A DNA stretch of 64,000 nt from Eledone cirrhosa (taxonomy: Eukaryota): the NCBI GenBank assembly GCA_964016885.1, contig OZ024741.1, positions 238,328,001-238,392,000 of the forward strand, written 5' to 3'. Below, in pieces: positions 1 to 14,117 of the stretch. Position 1 is the stretch's first letter, and the number at the start of each line of letters is the position of its first letter. The notes beneath the pieces are model-generated. The model saw nothing but the letters and a program-made list of their open reading frames with translations. It was not told the origin of the DNA and ran no database searches. The position numbers and the translations under genes were made by a program.

Positions 1-1717
1 AAGACACTTGAATGCTAACAACATAGGGTATTGAGCACTCTTCAATAATACTAACAGCTTGACAACCTCTCTTGTACTGGTACCACAAAAGCATTCAGTA
101 TACTCTAAAAAATGGTTGGTGTTAGGAAGGGCATCCAGCTATAGGAAACCTGCCAATTAGAGGGTCGCAAAGGCTCTTCAAGGATATGAAAATATCTCTA
201 GTGCTGGTACAATGATAAAATATACCAGGTACACTCTGTAAAGTGGTTGGCATTAGGAAGAAAGTTCTGTTAAAATTGAATGTATCTGAGCAAGACCATA
301 ACAATTTTATGTAAGATTATGATCTCATTTTTATCACCTAATCTATGCCATATATACATGCCATAATGCTTTTCAACAAAATATTTGTTGTTCCTAATCT
401 CTCGTCTTTATCAGAAGTCATATTCTTAAGATGTAAATAGTGTTATTCAAATAAATTCTATTTTTAACCTATGTCAATCTGCTTTGCTTTTATTAGTCTT
501 TGTCTATATTTTCCATATTTCACATATTATCATTTACATACTTGATATAGTTTGTATTTAAAATTGTAAATATATCTTTCAAAACTTTGAAGTTGCAAAA
601 TGGAAGGATCATTAGTGTGTAGAACAAAGTTCCTTGTAGCATTTGTTCCAGATCTCTGCTGAGATCAACTTTGTCTTTCATTCTTTTGGGGCTGATAAAG
701 TACTGTATCAGTTCATGTCTTATAGTATTTGTTGCTTGCTTGCATGGTAGACTTAATTTGTTGCCTGGTTTAACGCCATCACCTGGCCCTTGGGTGCCTT
801 TAACAGAATCCATTCTGTTGCAAGCATTTAGGTCAGGTCTCCTTTTCTTTCACCAGTCTCAGGGCCCCTGGGAATGGTTATGGACCCTGCCCTTTCCACC
901 TTGACTAAACAGTAAAATAAATAGACCGATTTAATGAAAGAAATAAGATATCTCAACTATTACTCTTATCATTGCAATACTGAAAACTTTTCTAACTATC
1001 AGCTTATTGCTTCCTTCTAAATGTAATATTTTCAATTAGTTTACTATATTAATAATATGCAATAACTTGCCTTGTTGTATATAGTTACATCACTTACCAC
1101 TTCATATTCTTATCTCATATCCAGCTGGGATTGAATTTACCTTTCATCCTTCAAGGTTCATTCAACTCAATCCATTCACAAAGTTTTTGTGTTTGTGAAA
1201 ACATGCAAATTTATTTAATTTTGTTGCTAATTATTATTTTTTTGAAGAAACTTTGTATTAAATTAATGTTAACTATTTTGTGGTTAATTATTGCTTGTTA
1301 TTTTTTTTATTTTTTTAAATTAATATTATGAGTAAAATGAAACATTTGATTTTTAAAATAAAACTTGTATAACTTAGTCTTATACTAGAAATTAATGAAC
1401 TTTGTTTAAAATATCACAAAAAATATCTTATAGAAATATAATTTCCTTATTTTCCAAGTACAAATAAATGTTTACTTATTATAAATAAAAGCTTATTTTA
1501 TTTTTAAAATACATTATACATCAATATTTATATAAATATTATTTGTATAAAATATATTCAAGCTTTACAAAAGGCATAGAACTATTTAGGTATGTCTGAG
1601 CAGTGTATATCTGGTGAGGCACAAACTAAATTTCTTACCAATCACTGATATTAAAGAAAGTTAAGGCTAAATACGTGCACACACACACTTTCTCTCTCTT
1701 TCCTGTTATAGTAGTTC

Positions 1718-1771
<54 letters not shown>

Positions 1772-1855
1772 TTTTTACTTCTTTTTATGAAATATATAAA
1801 AATTATATTTTATCTGAGAATTTCTAGTGAACGAATACAATGAGGAGAAACTTAC

Positions 1856-1985
1856 TTGTGCTTTTGTAGAAGTTTATGGTATGTGACAAGAGGACTACAT
1901 CATCTATGCACTGTTCGATGTAACTGCTGCAGCAATAATGTAAAAATGTTGATGGACTAGAAGAGGTGTGAGTCAGATAGGGAAG
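1856..1985 (-). promoter_or_regulatory. Protocadherin-type first-exon/promoter module, orphan copy 1
   Basis: Donor CAA|GTAAGT; + strand block TGTAACTGCTGCAGCA; TGAGTCA at 1969-1975 followed by GATAG. Same layout as the modules upstream of genes B-D. Confidence 0.6.
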
Positions 1986-4900
1986 AGAGAGCAGTTAACA
2001 TTTTTCTCTGCATTTCTATTATTGCATGATCTCCAAGTACAGTGAAAGTTACTTGAGTACAGAATAGCTCATTGTTCCATACATAAAATAGAAACTTCAG
2101 TTTGTATGCAGAGGGTATTCATAAATGCTTCCATAAAAACTTTACAAGTGAAATCATCTTTACACAAAAATTTTGTTTTGGTTCATTACATAGTGATTTA
2201 AATCTCAAGTTTTATCAAATAAAGTATACTAATTTTGCCCTGTCATATATAGTATATATATCAATAAGCAAGGGGAAACGAATATTGAAAACTTTCGCTA
2301 AATTCATTGTATATAAAGAACTATTAAATCAATGGTATAAATTAGTTTATGAAAATATTTTAAATAAAAACGTTTATGGGGGAATGATATTATTTGAATA
2401 TATTTCCACTTATTAGACAAAAATTAAATAGTAACTCAAAACGTAATTGTTTTGCTATACAGGTAAAAATGATTTAAAATGTATATTTTAATCTTTAATG
2501 GGTTGACTGAAAAAATGTTGACAGTACGATTCTTCCTTTGATAACTTCTGTTTCTTTAGATTATTCTTGAGTAGAAAACAAACATAATTTAGAAAATATT
2601 TAAATTCCTTATCTTTTGTTCATATTTACATGCTTTAATTCATGTTACAATCATCAGCAGATACCATAACTTATCAATATATATACATTATATTTGGTTG
2701 GGATTGAACTCATAACTCATAAAGGTTACAAATAAATTTTGATATATACTTGTAAAAGCTTTCGATATATAATGTGTACATATAAGTTGTTACATTTATT
2801 TATTTCTAAGGGGCCTCATAGCACCAGGAGAGGCCAAAGACTATAGCCAAACACAAAGATAAAAAATGAAAAAGCTATAAATAAATAAAGGAAATATCCA
2901 TAGAAACTTCCATCTAATAGCTGCTATTTCAGGATCTCTCATTTAATTGGATAAGTGATCATTTTAGTCTTTCTCTAAAAAGTTAACTCTCTGAAGAGAA
3001 AGAAATCTTTTACCATAAACAGAATTTTTAGCACAATTTGCAAGAAGCTTTACATATGTGGAACCATCAACTGGTAACATTTACACACATTAAAGAACAC
3101 ATAAATATGTCAGTCTCATCACAACAGTTACCATACTCTAGTTATATGTACCTGAGAACAGAACCATCCGGTGGTTACATTTACATACGTTAGAAATCAC
3201 ATAAGTATGACAGTTCCAGCATTCTCCTCTGTTAAGTCAACCCCAAAACTACCAAAATACAAAAATTATAGATAGTGTCAAAGCCTTCACTAGAAATATT
3301 GGTGACATTGAATTTATAACTCTAAGGGTTAGGGTTACAAATATAGTTTGATATACACTTGTTTATAGTGATATACACTTCAGTATATAGTGATGTGTAA
3401 AAGAAAGTTGTCACATATATTCCTTTCCAGAGGTTCCATAGCATCAAGAGAGGCATATATTAGAATATAGGTAAATGTAAGCTTAATAAAACCCAAACCA
3501 CCTCGGGGGGAAAAAAAAAAAAAAAAAAAAAAGAAATTTCAACAACTATCAAAATAATTATGAATATTCTCACTAGAAATAGTGGAGACTTATGTATAAA
3601 AGAAGTAATATTTATTGGTTGTCTGCAACCAGTTTATCAATCAACAAAAGCTTCTTAACTATCACCAATTTATTGCATAATTTAAATATTGCAGGCCTAA
3701 CATTCTTGCCATGCCTATGTGTCTCTGAACATACCTTAACAGATTTAGTATTGTTTACCGTATACTGCCCATTTAAAAAATTTTAGTTTAAGGTCAGAGC
3801 TTGTTAAAGCTGAAATAACTAAATATATTGGTTTTCTTTTTCCATTTATCTATAAAGCAACTTTTATCAACTTCCTCTTATTTGTTGCAATGACAAGTCT
3901 TCATGTATATATATATGTGTGTGTGTTTTAGCATCGTATATATTACTAAAATTGAACAAACTGCTACTCCGAGTTCATCTTTTGAATTTTTAGGCAATAG
4001 TGGAGTTACTATTGAGCATAAACGATGTATATATGGATATATATAATCATTATTTTACTCATGCTTTTTATGTTGCATGGTTTTGGCAGAGTGATTTGGT
4101 CTGTCAAATCCTATTTAGAATTACTGTTCTTGTAGACATTCTATCTATTTTTGGTATGGTTTCTGTGGCTTGATGCCCTTCTTAACACCAATCACTTTAC
4201 AGAGTGTACTGGGTACATTTTAGCATGGCATCAGTACTAGTAAGATTGTCTTGTGCTTCATTTTCAGGGCAACATGAGCATGAGGGTGAATAGAAGAATG
4301 GGCAATAACAGAAGAACCAAATTGAGGAGTTGAGAGGAACAGAACAGAGGAATAGGAGTTAGAAGGTAGTAGAGGAGAGAATATTGGAAGAGAGAGACAA
4401 TATATATATATCTTTCTTTTAATTTGTGTTGCTTAAGACAAGAGAAGCTTTTATCATAATTTCTACTATGCATTAAATAAAACAGGGTTAGTTATAAAAT
4501 ATGTAGCACTTTTTTGGCTTTATAGGAATATTATTTCAGCATTTCAGAGCATAAACATTTTCTGCTTTTTTGATGCTATATACATTTAATTATTTTTAAA
4601 ATATCCATACTTTATTTCTTTTGTAATAAACAGGTACTCTATCAGTTTCTTGATTTAGAAAATTTAGCAAATATCACTTAAATTGAATAATGTACCTAAT
4701 AGAACTGAATAATTTGAATCTTTTTATTCCATACTTTGGATGGAGACATCTCACCAAATTCTTTCTTCTCCCCTATTCCTGTTTTTGTCTCCCTTCACCT
4801 CTGATAATTTCACCCTGCTAACAGAAATGATTTTTCCCCAATGACACATAGTATTGGCATTCATGTTTTAGATTATATTTTTCTTTGGAATTTTATAAAA

Positions 4901-6222
4901 TTATATCTTCTGGAAAATTTATAAAATAAAAAAAATAAACATTTATTTGTTAATCTTTCATTTTTATTTGATTAAAAAAAATATCTTTAAATTAATCTGA
5001 CTATTCTCTAAACGATTTTTCTCTTTAGGTGATGAGTCAGTAGAAATCAGTGGAATTTTCAATGATTTGTGAACAGAAAATATAGTTTTCTTTTGTGTTG
5101 AATGTTGTTGGGAAAATATTAATCAAAATGCAAATAACTCATTTCCTCTGTTTTAAATGCAAATATAATCAAGAGAAGTAATGAATATAATTACATTTGA
5201 AACAGACCATTCATTACTCAGTTAAAACTTAAGTAGTATTATGTGATATATACTCATGTATGAAACATTTACAATGCACCATATATTTTGAATTGAGGTT
5301 TTGTAGGTACAGTAGATAGGTTGTGTGTTGGTTTTTCATGTTGAATTTCCATGGAAATAGGTGTGATTTAGACAAGTATATATATGGTGTATTGTAAATC
5401 TCAACTCCATTATCACTTTAACTTAATGTTGAATTTCTTCAAAAAAATATTCCCAATTTGTTAATTTATTAAAGTATATCTTCAGTTTTCATATAATTTT
5501 TATCTTACTTTTTTGATAACGAATTTCTCATAAAATAGAAAAATGTAGTCATTTAAAATATTCTATACAAACACCATGGATATGTTATATCATGGGATCA
5601 TAGGATTATTATTGCACACTGCTTTTCACAGTGATGACAGTTTGTCATTATAACATTCCACATTCTTTTATAAAGGGACAAAGGATTTGCCATTCCTTTA
5701 TCTTTATTTTTCCCCTACTTCATTCACTGCATCTCTTTGCCCCACTTTTAAAGTCATTGTTCTCTTCCATCTCTTTCATCATTAGTAGGATCCCTTCCCC
5801 AAATTTCTTTCTGCTTTATGATAGGTTCTATCTAAGGTTGTAGTTATCACTGTCATGACTGCTTGTATCTAAGGCTGTATAGTTGCTCCTTGGCTGCTGT
5901 TGTTGCAGCTTCTATAATAGCCACTACATGCCTTTTTCCCATCGGGAAATTATGGATTTTTCAATTTTGTTTTTTTATTCCTGACTGTTAACACTAAATT
6001 TTAACTGTATTATTAGAGTTTATTATTTTGTTAACTTTGCCTTTCATCCTTACGGGGTCGATAAAATAAAGTACCAGTAATGTACTGGGTAATAGCTGGC
6101 CTTGTGCCAAAAGTAGAAACAATTATTTTGGTATTATATTTTGCAGCTCATATTGACATATTTAATATAATTTTCACTGAACCAGTTGAAATAATTGACA
6201 AGTTTACTTATAATGTATAATG

Positions 6223-6560
6223 GAGGCACATGGTTCAGTGGTTAGAGCATTGGCCTTGCAATCGAAAGGTTGTGAGTTCAATTCCCAGAGCAGGTGATGT
6301 GTTGTTTCCTTGAGCAAGACACTTCATTTCACATTGCTCCAGTTTACTCAGCTGTAGAAATGAGATGATAGGGACTGGGGTCCATATCATTCCACTGCAA
6401 AGTGGTCGTGGAGGTGCCACGGCAAAAAAGCACCCAGCACTCACTGTAAATGAGGTTGGTGTTAGGAAGGGCATCCAGCTGTAGAAATCAAGCCAGAATC
6501 AGTTCCCGTCCCACCCTTGCAAGCAGGGAAAAAAATGGACGTAAAATGAAAAAAAAATAA
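6223..6560 (+). mobile_element. tRNA-derived SINE with a CORE-like middle and an RTE-derived 3' tail
   Basis: A box TGGTTCAGTGG and B box GAGTTCAATTCC; CCTTGAGCAAGACACTT middle; tail matches the 3' end of the RTE at 14.7 kb; TSD AATGTATAATG at 6212-6222 and 6561-6571. Confidence 0.8.
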
Positions 6561-8004
6561 AATGTATAATGTATTCAGGGTAGGGGATTATCTTTACCCT
6601 GGCAAGCTTTAACTGCAATTAAGGAAGGCCTACAGAGGAGCAAATAAGATTTATTTGCCAAGAATGAATAAAAAATGAATTTATACTACTTCTACTTACA
6701 ATAATAACAGTGATTTCTAATTTAGGTATGGGGGGAGGACAATTGGGAGGGAAAGTCAATATTGACTCCAGTACTTGACTGGTACTTATTCCATTAACCC
6801 CAGATTTGGGACAAATACCACATAGGATTATATTTGATGCTCTACTGATTCTGACACTTAATCACCCTAAATAATAATTTCTAAATAATAGAAAAATATA
6901 TATCAATTCTATTTGTCTTCTAGTTCACCAGTTTTCCTCTTGAGTAAAAGTTGTTAATCAAGTTATATTTTATTATACAGTTAATGTTTAGCTAATGATA
7001 AGACTACCACTTAATTAAAATAAGCATATGATTAAAATCATTAAACCATCTTTTATTCATAGTGTATCTTGGACTACATTATATGACTTGCCCTTTCTCT
7101 TTTAAGATGTTATAATTTGAGGTAAATTTGTTAGCTATTCATATCAAATTGAGCAACCACATAGAGAGGCTCTATTTTTATTTAATATAATTTAATATAT
7201 AGTTTTGTATATTTGTGTCAAGATCTACTGCTCCTTGTAGATGTGCTATTAGTTATTGATGTATGCAAATGTGTTCAACGAGATAATTAGATTCATGAAG
7301 CTGACATATCCATGTTAGTAATTGATTCTTGCAGTGGAATCTGTTGGGTTTGCAATTGTAAGTAATTTATATTAAATCGATGGTAAGTTAGGAGAAATAG
7401 TGAAATGCTATGAAGAACCTTCATATATCTTGTCAGCATATGCAACTGCACCTAGAAATTTAATCTCTAAATGCAGGACTAGGTAAGGTTTTTCATGCAT
7501 GATCTACAGTTGCCCATGCATGCAAGTCTCACCCCACCTCCATGCTACTGATGCTCTCCTAGAGAAAAGCAAAAGCAGATGTGTTTTGGCAACTGTGATA
7601 TTACAGGCATTGCAATCAGAATGCAGAGACAGGTGCCACAAGAATCTCATCCAATGCGCTGACGATTTTGTTAATCCACTGTCCTGTATTAGTACTCTAT
7701 CTGCTCAGAAAGGATGAAAATCAAAGCTGAGCTCAGTGGGATTTGATTTTAGCGTGCTAAAATCCAGAATAAATACTGCAAGATATTCTTGTCCTTGTTT
7801 TAATGACTCTGCTGATTTGCTACTTTTAACAATAGTAGTAATGATGAAAGGAAAAATGATTACCAGTAGTGTAATGTGGAAGGTCAGAACAAATCAATAA
7901 AAAAAGTGATCAAAATTCATGTATAAATAAATTAGTTTAACTAAAAACTAATTTACTTGTACATGAATTTTGATGATCACTTTCTTTTTTATAGTATTTA
8001 ACTA

Positions 8005-8580
8005 ATCTCCAACTTGCACTTAACAGGTTTGATGCCGAGTGCTGCATGGCTGGAATGAAAATCAGTGCTGCGAAAACTGAGATACTTGTCCTCTCAAGGA
8101 AACCTGCACAGCGCACTTTACATGTGAAAGGAGTTCTACTAAAACAGGTGGAGAAGTTCAAGTGTCTCGGGGCCATGTTCATGAGTGATGGAAGGCAGAA
8201 GGCTGAATTAGATGCAAGAATTGCAGAGGCTGGTACAGTAATGTGCCTGCTTCAGCATTCAATTCAATAATCGGAAGGGAAATAGGTGTAAAAGCCAAAC
8301 TTGCTACCTTTAATTTGGTATTTGTGCTATGGTTATGAATTTTGGGTAATGACCGAAAGAATACAATTGGAAATAGAAGCGGCCGAAATGGGGTTCCTCT
8401 GAAGGGTCTTTAGAGTAATGTTAGTTGATAACATGCATGGCTTGGAGATCAGTGAGTCACTCAAGGTAGAGCTGGTTCTTCTCTGAATTGAGAGATCACA
8501 GCTCCAATACTATGGACATGTGTTGGAGATGGTTGCTTTTGGCAGGACCTGCTGGACGGAGTGTTTGAGGATTCTGTCCC
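8005..8580 (+). mobile_element. Decayed RTE-clade LINE reverse transcriptase fragment
   Basis: ORF 8046..8270 GMKISAAKTEILV...VEKFKCLG...ELDARI; further degenerate AAEMGFL and QYYGHV motifs interrupted by stops. Confidence 0.75.
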
Positions 8581-8889
8581 CATGACCTTTTCAGGAATGA
8601 GTGAGTGAAGAAGAAGTATTTAACTATGCTAAGAACTATAACATTTTCTTAAAAACTTGGCCCTCAGTTTAAGGATGAAATCCTTATTATCGCTACATCC
8701 CTCCCTCCAGTCCAGAACAATGGTCTCTTTTATGAATATAACTGCATAATAAAAAAGAAAAAGAGACTGGTTATAAAAGCATCAATATAATATATTAACT
8801 GACTAATACCATTAATTTCAACATATCATTTTAAAATTATATCTAATATTCCTTCAAGGTTATCTAGACATTTTTGTCATTAATTTCTC

Positions 8890-9180
8890 AACATTATTTT
8901 ACACTTGCTTTTCCATGCGTGCAAAGATTGGGTGGGTCCTCTTCTACACAGTCTACTTCTGTATTTCTTCATCTCTGTGAAGCCTAGCATTTTGAGATCA
9001 GTTCTAATCCATTCTGCCCAGGTTTTCCTCAGTCTTCTCCTACAGCTACCTGGCACATCTTCACTAAAAGAAAAATCATCAGCCATACGCATTACTTGAC
9101 TATATCAGTGTACAGTTCTCTCCTGCACATTTCACTTGATTTTTCTTATATCCTGTTTTTCTTTCAATTCATCTACACCG
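8890..9180 (-). mobile_element. RTE LINE 3' end fragment
   Basis: RRRLRKTWAEWIRTDLKMLG resembles the C-terminus of the RTE at 14.7-15.1 kb. Confidence 0.65.
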
Positions 9181-9189
9181 TTTAACCAC

Positions 9190-9505
9190 CAAGGACAATT
9201 ATGCTGACATGGTTTCTACATTAGAGGATGACGCTCCACCTTTATCAACAGTGCAAACGAGGGTAGCTGAATTTAGGAGGGGAAGGGAGAGTCTTGAAGA
9301 TAACCCATGGTCTGGACATCCTACAACTGCCCCCTCTGAGGAAAACACTGATCGTGTTCACCACAGTGTTGAATGACAGGCAACTGATTATAAATGAAAT
9401 AATCAATGCTATTAGTATATCCCGTGTGAGAGTTGAGAATATTTTGCACAATGAACTTGGCATGATGAAGGTTTCTGCTCGATGGGGGCCTCATCTTCTG
9501 ACAGC
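9190..9505 (+). mobile_element. Mariner transposase N-terminal (HTH) relic
   Basis: AEFRRGRESLEDNPWSGHP followed, after a frameshift, by ILHNELGMMKVSARWGPHLL (WVPHxL-like motif). Confidence 0.8.
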
Positions 9506-10930
9506 TGGTGTTTTAATTAAGCAAGAAAAATAATACAGTTTGGACAAAATTAAAAATAAGCACACCATTATAATTTGTTTCAACGATTTTGTAAAATGAT
9601 AAAAATATATATGTAATGAATGAAAGCAACAGTAAACAATATTTTTTGTTGTCCAGGAGCTGATATTTTATTATAATTCCAAGAATTTCTTACATTAGTC
9701 GGAAAGCAGTGAAGTTCACGACGAGACTCCTCATTTACAGTGGGATTTATTTTTAATTCCATGAATGCAAATAAATAATCATTCCAAGGCAGTTAATGGA
9801 AATTTCAATTTGTACATTAAAATAATTAACTTAAAAAAAATATCATGAAAAATAAAAATATGTTGGTGTATATGAATAGTTATTTAGTATTGACTGCCAA
9901 AGGCTTTAACATTTAAACAAGATTTTCTTATATTCTTACAATATGAAATTCCAAATTGGTATTTAATTTTTTATAAATAACACTAGTTTTATACACAATA
10001 TTTTAAAATCATTTTTTTTTAAAACATAACCAGAGTATTAATTTATTTATTAATTTATTTGACACTCTTTATCACCAATGTAATTTGAAACAGTTTCTTT
10101 AAAAAAGAAACAAAAAACTGCTTTGTATAATTGAGCTGGCCAATAAGAAAACATTTTTACATTTCTCTCCATATTTACAAAATTTAATTACAAATGAAAA
10201 AAAAAAAAATTCTACTGTACAACATCAGACAATCTATGATGGCATAAAATTACATAAAATGGCAGTTAACATCATACATGTTGATAGTTATGTATAGCTC
10301 ACAGCCTGGGTAAAAATATCAGGTTGATTTGGAAAAATTGGTGAATCATGTTTGCGATGTTTTTGTACTTATGAAATTTTAATGAAATCTTGAATTTACA
10401 TTAAGATTTGTGAGATGATTCTATGCAACATTTCCTTTAAACCTATTTTATCATGCATGATATTTATTACAACAAGAATTTTACACCGATTAGTGAGAAC
10501 CTTCCAATTTAAGATTTTTTACTAAGAAAGATTTTGAAAATGAAATGCACTTTCTTTAGTTTGTTTAAAATGTTAACATTAAAAAAAAATAAAGCCTTTT
10601 AATTTATTTCTCTAAGATTCCTGGAAAATTGTTCTCAGATACCTAGTTTTTGAAAAGTTATCAGTTGTTATGTTTTGTTTCCTTTTGAGATAATAGGCAA
10701 ATTTTTCTTTAATTTAATTGTTTTTGTTGTGCATCCATTGGAAGAATATGTGCCTGGAATTTGAAGAATATTGTTGAAAATGATAAACAAATATACATAT
10801 AAATTCCGTAAACAAATTATTTAAAGTTACAAACTTGAATAAATAACAATTTGCTAAATACAGGTTATACTATAGTTTTATTAGTATTTAAATGACAGTT
10901 ATAGTGCTTCTATATTTTGTCATATTTTCG

Positions 10931-11263
10931 CCATCACAACCACTTTACAGCCCATACTGTAAAGTGGTTGTGATGGTGACACGACAAAAAGCACCCAGCT
11001 CACAGTAAAGTGGTTATGATGGCGACATGGCAAAAAGCATGCACTCCACACTGTAAAGTGGTCGTGTAGGTGTCACGACAAAAAGCACTCAGTACTCACT
11101 GTAAATGAGGTTGACGCTAGGAAGGGCATCCAGCTGTAGAAACCAAGCCAAAATAGGTTCTGTATGAGCAAGACATGGTCACCTGATATGGCATCGCTCA
11201 CAACAGGATAACACATCTAACCCATGCCAGCATGGAAAAATAAAAGTTAAACGATGATGATGA
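10931..11263 (+). mobile_element. 5'-truncated RTE-tailed SINE with internal ~45-bp tandem units and a (GAT)n tail
   Basis: Repeated CTGTAAAGTGGTTGTGATGG...CAAAAAGCAC units; AGGAAGGGCATCCAGCTGTAGAAA; GATGATGAT tail. Related copies near 0.1-0.3, 4.2, 14.1-14.4, 17.7-17.9, 27.8, 32.0-32.3, 35.8, 53.8 and 59.5-59.7 kb. Confidence 0.75.
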
Positions 11264-12038
11264 TTATATATATAATCAACTACATATCGCTAGTGATTTA
11301 AGTCATCCAGTTTATGAGTTAAGATTTGTAATTTTATTTTTTTATAAATGATATCTAGTTAATTTAAAATCTGCTTTTAACCAAGATACTGTTTCCACTT
11401 TTAGACCAGTTTTCCTACTACTCTTGAAACACCTAAAAAAATCGGGGATATACCTGATAAATAAACCTTTTCTCACAAATATCATTTAATCATGAACCTG
11501 TTGTCAAACTTTCTGCTCTTAAAAAAATATTAAAGAAATGTCATATGCCTTTCTAAACAGATACTACTCAACATTTGTATAATACTAATTCTTCTATTTA
11601 TCATTTCTGTATGAATGGATAATAAAACAATAATTGTTTCTACTTTAGGCACAAGGCCAACAATTATCCAGTGCATTACTGGTACTTTATTTTATCGACC
11701 CCGTAAGGATGAAAGGCAAAGTTAACCTCAGCAGGATTTGAACTAAAACAATAATGACAAATAGTGTTAAGGGCAAGAGCCCAAATGTTAGTATTTTTTA
11801 TTTCCTCATGGCAACTTTATTTTTCTTGTTACCAATGCAAACTTACACTAGGTTTCTTCAATTTTGGATTTTACCCTAAACAATATCTGTAAAAGAACTT
11901 TAAAAAAGTGGATGCCTCATATTGTTACAACTTCTAGGTTATTGTTTAATACTTCTGGAAACATTTTGAGTATATTATGTGAAACTTATATAGGGTCATT
12001 GCAGAAAAGTTGAGAAGAAAAGCAATTAGAAGACTTAC

Positions 12039-12190
12039 CTACATAATTAACTTTTTTATTGTTGTTGGCTGTGATTGAATATGTCTTCCAATAGAACACT
12101 TCATATGCCATGTTAAAATAATTTTAATCTGATGGTTAAATATTGACTTAGTTGAAATAAGTATCATTACAACAGAGTTGTATTTGTGAG
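12039..12190 (-). promoter_or_regulatory. Degenerate first-exon module, orphan copy 2
   Basis: Perfect donor TAG|GTAAGT. Flanks align by eye to the 20.4 kb copy (TTAGAA-GACTTACC..CAT..TTAA..ATTGTTGTTG..AATATGTCT..AGAA). The CTG-rich block and TGAGTCA are not intact. Confidence 0.4.
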
Positions 12191-12912
12191 TGTTGAAATA
12201 TATGTGTGTTATATATGAGCTTTATATTTTCTTTGTTAAAATCAAGTTGATTCATTAGTTCCTTTTAATAGGAAATAGATCTAATGAAAACATTATCTAT
12301 ATTTTGATTTTTAGGAGATTGCCCTTATTTTTATGATGTAAATATTTCCATTATTATTTGGTTATTCAAAATGTTAAATAAAATATAAATGTCAAACAAA
12401 ATAATTTAATTTTGCATATAATTTATATAAAGATTGCTTCAGAATATGGTATTTAAATGAAAATCATAAGCTATTAATCCAATATACAGTTTACAATTTC
12501 TGGTAGAAGTCAAAAAGATTATTTGTTGATAATTATCATCCTCAATCTGTAAATAGTTTTGTTTTTTTTTACTTCAGAAATACTTTTGGTTGCTTGTTTT
12601 TTTAATTTTTTTTTTAAATCTGAAATACAAAAATGTAAGAGCTTTTATTTGATGTGTATATTTATTCTGATATGGTTTGTATATAAAAAAATCCAATAAA
12701 TTAACAATATTTTGATCTGATCTGATCCAAAGGTGATATGATAATCTCAGGTGTGCGTGTACGTGCGTGCACACACATATGTTTGTTTCTATATTCACAT
12801 GGTGATAATGCATAGCAATGGTTTTGTAAAATTTGAAATTTAATAATTTTTTTTTTGAGTAATTTGAGAAGAATCTGAGAATCATCTTAGTGTATTATGA
12901 GTAATGAATAAT

Positions 12913-13099
12913 TGTTTCTATTTTTGGCACAAGGCCAGCAATTACCCAGTGTATTACTGGTACTTTATTTTATCGACCCCGTAAGGATGAAAGGCAAAGT
13001 TAACCTCGGCGTAATTTGAACTCAGAATGGCAAGGGCCGTAACTCTATGCGTCACAACATGGCGTCCGACCCTCTACCGATACTGCCAATCCACCGCCC
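12913..13099 (-). mobile_element. Full-length tRNA-derived SINE, second family
   Basis: B box GAGTTCAAAT; core GTTAACTTTGCCTTTCATCCTTACGGGGTCGATAAAATAAAGTACCAG; 17-bp TSD TATGAGTAATGAATAAT at 12896-12912 and 13100-13116. Other copies near 6.03, 11.63, 31.5, 42.5, 43.2, 52.1 (two in tandem), 58.0 and 61.95 kb. Confidence 0.88.
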
Positions 13100-13377
13100 T
13101 ATGAGTAATGAATAATGTGATTAAATTAGAATGCCTTATGTAATAATGTAAATATAACTTAATAGTCTATAATAATAAATGCAAATGTGTGTGCAGACAG
13201 TCAGCAAATATAAGTATCATACCTAAGTGTTAAAGTAAACTCCAAAATCAAATATGAAGTCATGAATTCGTGGCATTCAACACCATGAAAGATGTTTTGA
13301 ATTTTGATTATAAGTAATTCACTATACACTGCCCTCTTAGAAAAGAGGCTACAGAGAATCCAAGAGTAAAAAAAAAA

Positions 13378-13987
13378 TTGTTTTATTTAAAGCTGTATAT
13401 AGCTATGGTGCAGCCACACATAGAATTTGCATCACCAGTCTGGAACCCCTATCTTGCTCAGAACATTGACCACCTGGAAACTGTTCAGAGACGTGCAACC
13501 AAGCAAATACCCTCCATCAGGCATCTACCGTACTCTGAACGCCTTGCTTCCCTGGGCATGGATACATTGAAGCTCTGACGCCTGGCAACTGACTTGGTAA
13601 ACACCCAGAAAATTATTAACCATCTTGCCAAAAACAACCCTGAGCACCTTTTTGATTTCCATGTGCCTACAAAGTCAGAAAACAGCACAGCTCCCATGAC
13701 TTTCAGAAACGTTTTTTCATCTCAGAGTTGCTGAAGCATGGAACAAACTACCTGCATCGGTTATTAGCTATCGAGACACTGCATTCTTTAAAACCTCCAT
13801 GCTGCCTGAGATTCGCCAACACTACACCTGATGCCCCCCCCTCCATACACACGCACACATGTATTTCATGACTCGTATACTGTTCATTTTCCTGACATTT
13901 GTATATTATTCTATGTACTATACAAGCACCTTTGATGAGTTGTAGTGCACCTGAGCACTGTACACTATAATTTCATTATTATTATTA
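13378..13987 (+). mobile_element. CR1-clade LINE 3' fragment
   Basis: KLYIAMVQPHIEFASPVWNPY...LETVQRRATKQIP...YSERLASLG, followed by a 3'UTR and an (ATT)n tail. Confidence 0.88.
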
Positions 13988-14117
13988 AAATTGGTATACA
14001 TTTAAATCTCATTGAAGGTACTGTACTGTTTTACTTATGCCTTTGCTAATTATTGGTTCATATCTCATATTGCATAATCAAGTTGGGGTCACCATTTTGT
14101 AGAGAATAAACATAGTT

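Noticed and set aside
770-940. Similarity to 42890-43070 (inverted)
   Set aside because: Opposite orientation and not tied to unit structure; most likely an unclassified dispersed repeat.
5033-5039. Isolated TGAGTCA
   Set aside because: No associated donor or CTG-rich block; a 7-mer is expected by chance in 64 kb.
6223-6295. tRNA gene
   Set aside because: A and B boxes are present, but the sequence continues into a SINE body with a tail and TSD.
7190-7440. Possible decayed protocadherin relic in the gene-free zone
   Set aside because: Partial hand translation gave no cadherin or tail motifs.
10950-11110. CRISPR-like repeat array
   Set aside because: Eukaryotic context; the units are diverged tandem repeats inside a SINE with no unique spacers and no cas genes.
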